64,000 nucleotides of DNA from an uncultured virus (IMG/VR IMGVR_UViG_3300042945_002143) (Duplodnaviria; Heunggongvirae; Uroviricota; Caudoviricetes). A program made the position numbers and the translations under genes. Where the stretch lies: the IMG/VR virus record IMGVR_UViG_3300042945_002143. One strand, 5' to 3'. The notes beneath the pieces were generated by a model. It was given only the letters and a program-made list of their open reading frames with translations, had not been told where the DNA came from and did not search any database. The stretch's first letter is position 1, and every line of letters starts with the position of its first letter. This document shows, piece after piece, positions 59,711-64,000 of this stretch.

Positions 59711-59743
59711 AAAAGGTTCATCGTAATGATGAACTTTTTTTTT
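59711..59743 (+). terminator. Intrinsic terminator
   Basis: AAAAGGTTCATC-GTAAT-GATGAACTTTTT plus T run. Confidence 0.75.
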
Positions 59744-59762
59744 GTTACAATATTTATTATTA

Positions 59763-61166
59763 ATGAAAAAGATAATTTCCGAAGGTGGTATCAGAAACAT
59801 AAGAGAACTTTCTGATAGATACAAAAAAGCAAAGATATACTTCCACCAAGATTTAGATGGTGTTGCAACTGCATTAGCGATGAAAAAGTATTTGGAAGAC
59901 AACGGAATCAAAGTTGTTGATGTTGAAGTAATCCAATACGGAGATAAGGAATTCGCGGTTAAGAAAGCAGATGCTGAAGGTGAAATCATGCCAGTTCTTG
60001 TTGACTTTGCTCACGGAAAACCAATGTTCGTGGTTCATACTGACCACCACGATAGACAAGCCGGAGCTGACGAAACTAAGTCAACTCAGTTCAGAGGGGC
60101 TCGTTCAAATGTTGAAACTCTTTCACAGATTGTCCCGGCTTCTGAAATTTTCACACCAGAAGATGTTGCGACAATATCTATGGTTGATAGTGCTGATTAT
60201 GCTTCAAAAAACATTACACCTGAAATGGTGATGAATTATGTGTATGGGACATCAAAAGAAAAGAGTGCTAAAGAAAATAGAATGTTATTAGGTTTGGTTA
60301 CCAACAAATTATTGTTGGCTTTCAAAAGTAAACCAGGATTTTTAGAGACATTAGTATTAGATTGTAAACCTTCACTTCTTTCAATCTTCAATAAGATTAA
60401 GGAATTAATGAAGACAAACAGATATGCTGATATATCTTCATTAGAGAAAAACAAAGAAGATTACGTTCAGACAATGAAAGGACATAAGAATGTTCAGGTT
60501 AAAGATAATATCATCGTTCAGTATGGTGGTGGTAGTATGATGAGACCTGGTTCGTATGACAGATACACCCCATTTAGAAACAACCCTGAAGCTGACTTTT
60601 TAGTTATTGCTTGGCCACTTGGTTTATTACAGGCATCATGTAACCCTTTTAAAAAAGAAAGAGAACTTAAAGGTGTTAACTTGGGAGAAATTGCTCAAGA
60701 AGTATTGGGACATTGGGAATCACAATTAAAAGAAAAACAAGTCCCATTATCAACAATCAAGTGGGTTTCTGAAACTGCTGCGAAAGAAGAATCAGTTGGA
60801 TTTACCTTTAAGGATTTTGCTGCAATATACGGAGACAAATACTTGGATGAGAAAGATGGTGTTAAAACACTTATGGATATTAAATCTTTGATGGAAAAAA
60901 AATCATCTGAATTGACCGAAGAAGAATGGAGTGTGTTAGATGGTGTTACTGTTCCAGTATGGGAAGTTATCCAAGCTAATTCAGGTGGACACAAGTGTAT
61001 TACAAATGTATCTGGTTTAAATTATATTGGAAGAAGTAAGAGACCACCACAAGGTAAGTACAAGTACGATTCTGAAAAAGAAGATTCACCTTATATTAAG
61101 TTCTTAAAGATGTTACAGAATAGATTTGTGAATGTTTTACAACAGAAGATTGAGGAAAGTAAGTAA
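59763..61166 (+). CDS. DHH-family phosphoesterase
   Basis: FHQDLDG, VDFAH, TDHH, C-terminal SGGHK (DHHA1-like). Confidence 0.75.
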   Translation: MKKIISEGGIRNIRELSDRYKKAKIYFHQDLDGVATALAMKKYLEDNGIKVVDVEVIQYGDKEFAVKKADAEGEIMPVLVDFAHGKPMFVVHTDHHDRQAGADETKSTQFRGARSNVETLSQIVPASEIFTPEDVATISMVDSADYASKNITPEMVMNYVYGTSKEKSAKENRMLLGLVTNKLLLAFKSKPGFLETLVLDCKPSLLSIFNKIKELMKTNRYADISSLEKNKEDYVQTMKGHKNVQVKDNIIVQYGGGSMMRPGSYDRYTPFRNNPEADFLVIAWPLGLLQASCNPFKKERELKGVNLGEIAQEVLGHWESQLKEKQVPLSTIKWVSETAAKEESVGFTFKDFAAIYGDKYLDEKDGVKTLMDIKSLMEKKSSELTEEEWSVLDGVTVPVWEVIQANSGGHKCITNVSGLNYIGRSKRPPQGKYKYDSEKEDSPYIKFLKMLQNRFVNVLQQKIEESK

Positions 61167-61167
61167 T

Positions 61168-61515
61168 TTATTTAAAGAACTCACAAACTTGTCCTTCTCT
61201 GATACCTAAATCTTCACAGGTACCACCTTCAAGTTCTAATACATACATTCCTTTACCTACAAACCTTTCACAAGGTTGAACCTTACATGGTTCACAGTAG
61301 TGATGTATTTTATTGATTTTAAAGTTCTTATCAATAAAGATAATGTCTAAAGGGATGATACAATTCATCATCCAAAAACTATGTGAACCATCACCCATGA
61401 TGAACAACATACCGTCAAAATCGTCAAAAGTCTTGTTCATCATACCTTGACTGGTCTCAGAACTTTCAATTAACACTTTGACATTGAAACTATTTTTATT
61501 TATTTTTAACAACAT
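61168..61515 (-). CDS. DUF192 family protein
   Basis: GMM...GMLF...FWMMNCIIPLDIIFID...YVLELEGG. Confidence 0.85.
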   Translation of the reverse strand: MLLKINKNSFNVKVLIESSETSQGMMNKTFDDFDGMLFIMGDGSHSFWMMNCIIPLDIIFIDKNFKINKIHHYCEPCKVQPCERFVGKGMYVLELEGGTCEDLGIREGQVCEFFK

Positions 61516-61535
61516 ACTTATTAATAAATATTTCT

Positions 61536-61946
61536 ATGAAACAAAGTGCAGGAATTATTGTGAAAGTAAATGATAAATGTTTGGTTTGTAAGAGAACTGC
61601 TGAGATTAATGAACCATCAAAGTGGGCAATACCTATGGGTGGAATAGAAGAAGGTGAAGACCCAAAGGATGCTGCGTATAGAGAGTTCTATGAGGAGATG
61701 GGTGTTCCAGTTGAAGAAGATATTAAACCTTTGGGTAAAATTAATCGTTATAACAAATTAGGTGGAATAAAAACTATTCTACATGTGTTCCTTTTAAAGA
61801 CTGATACCAAAATCATTCCTGATTTAGAGAATGCTATGGACGGTTTTGAACACACAGAATGTGCGTACATGACTTTAGAAGAAATTAAAAAACTTAATAT
61901 GTCATCAGGTATTAAGGAAGTTTTAACTGATGTGTTAAATTTTTGA
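61536..61946 (+). CDS. NUDIX hydrolase
   Basis: Nudix box GGIEEGEDPKDAAYREFYEEMG. Confidence 0.9.
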   Translation: MKQSAGIIVKVNDKCLVCKRTAEINEPSKWAIPMGGIEEGEDPKDAAYREFYEEMGVPVEEDIKPLGKINRYNKLGGIKTILHVFLLKTDTKIIPDLENAMDGFEHTECAYMTLEEIKKLNMSSGIKEVLTDVLNF

Positions 61947-61963
61947 TTTTTTTGATATATTTA

Positions 61964-61995
61964 TTTGACACTACGGAATATTCGCTGTAAGTTTG
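61964..61995 (+). promoter_or_regulatory. Promoter P1 upstream of the large ncRNA
   Basis: TTTG-N20-TAAGTTTG. Confidence 0.7.
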
Positions 61996-62065
61996 TAAAA
62001 GATTTAACACTTATAGGAAATGAAAGATACTCGGTAGTTAAATCAAAAAAAAAGTTCACAAACTA

Positions 62066-62097
62066 CTTGACAGAAAGAAAAAAAAGTCGTAAGTTTG
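62066..62097 (+). promoter_or_regulatory. Promoter P2 upstream of the large ncRNA
   Basis: CTTG-N20-TAAGTTTG; shares GTAAGTTTGTAAAA with P1, 102 nt apart. Confidence 0.7.
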
Positions 62098-62106
62098 TAA
62101 AACAAA

Positions 62107-62134
62107 TCGGAAATGTCCGAGACGTTCTTTGAAA
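62107..62134 (+). promoter_or_regulatory. boxB-like hairpin plus boxA-like antitermination motif
   Basis: TCGGA-AATG-TCCGA followed by GTTCTTTGAAA. Confidence 0.5.
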
Positions 62135-62140
62135 CAAAAA

Positions 62141-63014
62141 GATTATCCATTCTCTGAGTAAGTCGTATTCCCGCCTTCGTGTGACGAATATGAGCACTGA
62201 AAAGAGATAAACGATAATGGGCCGTGTATGGTCCTTAAATAAACTACGAAAGTAGGATAAAGTGGTCTCCCCCGTGTTGAGGAGACTGCGGTTTGAAACC
62301 CCGTAAGGGGAATTGAACTCAAGTACACAAGTGGGGTATCACCAAACCTTTAGTACCGAGGATAACTTCGTAGGGAGAATGGTAGGGTGACCTGGCAAAG
62401 TAGATTGTCAGGTTGAGTTCGGAAGAACGATAAGAATAACCCATAGGAACTCTGTAAGAAATGTGACCATCCAGTTACACAATTGCGGGTCCCAATATGA
62501 TAGAGGACTTAAAACCGAAAGGTAAGATGGAGAACGAGTGGTGTCGCTACTATCCTTAGAGATAACCTGCCAAGGGTCTTTATGAAGTAATCTTGAAATA
62601 TGGAGGTGGGGACACTTCACGGAGTAGTTTAGTATTCTGTCGCTCAAAAGGAGACAGAGCTTATGTTGGACCACTACTCTGACACATCTACTACACAAAC
62701 CTAACATTATTACAAAATAACAAAGGAAAAGTGTCCATCAGGTTTGAGTGAAAGGTGACTACATAGTAATGAGCCGTTCATTGCATACAGAGACCCCAAG
62801 TCAATGTGTATTGTTAAGAAAAACCTTTAGTCCCGCAAGGACGAACTGGGGTGGCAACCTCGGAAAGAGTTAAGTATTGATAGAGTAATTCAAACCTCAA
62901 GGAGTGGTACACCTAAAATACCGTCACTAAGAAATACTACCCAAAAGGTGGTGGATACGAAGGGAAACAATAATCCTTCAAAAGTTTCTTAACATAAGCT
63001 GTAATCTCAGGCTT
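62141..63014 (+). ncRNA. Large ornate structured non-coding RNA (GOLLD-like candidate)
   Basis: About 870 nt without a credible ORF, GC-richer than the flanks. Many GNRA-capped hairpins and long-range helices with G-U pairs on the + strand; own promoters and terminator. Confidence 0.75.
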
Positions 63015-63024
63015 TTCTAATTTG

Positions 63025-63048
63025 ACCTGTCAATTGACTGGTTTTTTT
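63025..63048 (+). terminator. Probable intrinsic terminator of the ncRNA
   Basis: ACCTGTC-AATT-GACTGGT (one mismatch) followed by a T run. Confidence 0.55.
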
Positions 63049-63069
63049 ATTTATAGACAATTATAAACT

Positions 63070-63294
63070 ATGACAATATTAGAAAATCTTAAAGAGGTAT
63101 TACCATCATGGGCGGTGGTAAAACAAAAGGAACTACCATATAAGATGGAGTATGAGATTAGACTTCAACCTACTTTGGATGAGGATGAACATTTTGCTTT
63201 AACACCAAAACTTAAGGAAGCTTGTCAGGGTAAGTTTATGGAAAGATACACTGTAGATATTGGTGAACACTTTTATATTTATACAAAAAAGTAA
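63070..63294 (+). CDS. Hypothetical protein
   Basis: TATTTATA upstream (63048-63055). Confidence 0.65.
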   Translation: MTILENLKEVLPSWAVVKQKELPYKMEYEIRLQPTLDEDEHFALTPKLKEACQGKFMERYTVDIGEHFYIYTKK

Positions 63295-63296
63295 TC

Positions 63297-63482
63297 ATGA
63301 TACCTAAAGAGATTAAAGAATTAGTTAACAAATACCCAAACAATTATGAATTGGGTGAGGAAGTTAGAAAATATTATCACAAAAATAAACAGAAAGAAAA
63401 TTTTAATTCTGGTGTTCTGTGGATAGGAATTTTATTCTTTTTTATATTTGCTTCACTCTTGACTTGGATTATAACCGTTTAA
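63297..63482 (+). CDS. Small protein with C-terminal TM helix
   Basis: YPNNYELGEEVR then a hydrophobic helix; adjacent to the endolysin. Confidence 0.6.
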   Translation: MIPKEIKELVNKYPNNYELGEEVRKYYHKNKQKENFNSGVLWIGILFFFIFASLLTWIITV

Positions 63483-63522
63483 TTTCCTGACTTTAAACAT
63501 ATTTATAATAAAATTATAAATT

Positions 63523-64000
63523 ATGTTACTAAAAGTTGGGTCTAAAGGAGAAGACGTTAAAAAACTCCAAGCAAAATTAGGTACCACCGCTGATGGAAGT
63601 TTCGGTCCTGGTACAGAAAAACTGGTTAAAGAATGGCAATCGGATAACGGACTAACAGCTGACGGTATCGTTGGTGATGGTACTTGGTCTAAGATGTTCC
63701 CAACAACTCAACCAGTTCAAGTGGTTAAAGAAGATGTTGTTATCCCGACAAGTTCTGAGTTTAAATTACAAAATCTAAAAGGACATGTTCCTGACGCAGT
63801 AATTGCTCAAATCCCTGAAACTGCTAAAAAATTCAATATTACTAACCCATTAAGATTAGCTCATTTCTTGGCTCAGTGTGGACACGAGTCAGGTGGGTTT
63901 AAAGCTGTTTCTGAGAACCTTAACTATTCTGCTGACGGACTTAAGAAAATCTTTGGTAAGTATTTCCCTGGTAACTTAAATGAGTCATACGCTCGTCAAC
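63523..64000 (+). CDS. Endolysin: PG-binding domain + GH19 (chitinase/lysozyme-like) domain, 3'-truncated by the window
   Basis: Hand translation MLLKVGSKGEDVKKLQAKLG..ADGSFGPGTE...WQ..NGLTADGIVG...RLAHFLAQCGHESGGF..VSENLNYSADGL; no stop before the window end. Confidence 0.88.
   Translation, partial: MLLKVGSKGEDVKKLQAKLGTTADGSFGPGTEKLVKEWQSDNGLTADGIVGDGTWSKMFPTTQPVQVVKEDVVIPTSSEFKLQNLKGHVPDAVIAQIPETAKKFNITNPLRLAHFLAQCGHESGGFKAVSENLNYSADGLKKIFGKYFPGNLNESYARQ

Noticed and set aside
62143..62707. Minus-strand ORFs 62143-62328 and 62408-62707
   Set aside because: Atypical composition for this genome, and they lie antisense to a promoter-driven structured RNA.
62141..63014. Group I/II intron, RNase P, tmRNA or rRNA identity for the large RNA
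   Set aside because: It does not interrupt a gene, and I could not find the canonical RNase P GAGGAAAGUCC, tmRNA tRNA-like ends, group II domain V or rRNA signatures. A covariance-model search is still needed.
1..64000. Stop-codon reassignment as seen in some large phages
   Set aside because: Conserved genes are full-length in code 11, and TAA, TAG and TGA all occur as plausible gene ends.

Overview
AT-rich, densely coding segment of a large (jumbo-type) tailed dsDNA phage read in the standard bacterial code. The host is most likely a Bacteroidota bacterium: there are TTTG-N19/20-TAnnTTTG promoters, SprB-like repeats, an Hc1/H1-like protein and signal peptides ending in FSQ. From left to right the window holds: (1) virion fibre/adhesin genes (1-17.3 kb), with a >2000-aa Gly-X-Ser triplet protein, three paralogous Gly-rich proteins and a duplicated Cys-rich two-gene module; (2) replication/recombination genes (RuvC-like resolvase, primase, PD-(D/E)XK nuclease, Mre11/Rad50) and a phage sigma-70 factor; (3) membrane, amidase-like and acidic proteins, an H1-like protein and DnaJ; (4) a ~10-kb glycosylation island (GT4-FkbM-FkbM, DegT aminotransferase, VioB-like acyltransferase, MaoC, GT2/GT25-like enzymes, GT4 fused to an Aah/TibC-type heptosyltransferase); (5) accessory genes (two orphan DNA methyltransferases, LRR protein, DUF932, PcfJ, GIY-YIG, redoxins, ferritin-like, DHH, DUF192, NUDIX); (6) a ~0.9-kb highly structured non-coding RNA (GOLLD-like candidate) behind an rRNA-operon-like leader (tandem promoters, hairpin, boxA-like motif), then a PG-binding/GH19 endolysin cut by the window edge. 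The best leads are the large ncRNA with its rrn-like leader and a possible phage-encoded system that glycosylates the phage's own Ser/Thr-rich fibres. All family calls come from motif recognition by eye; no searches were run.
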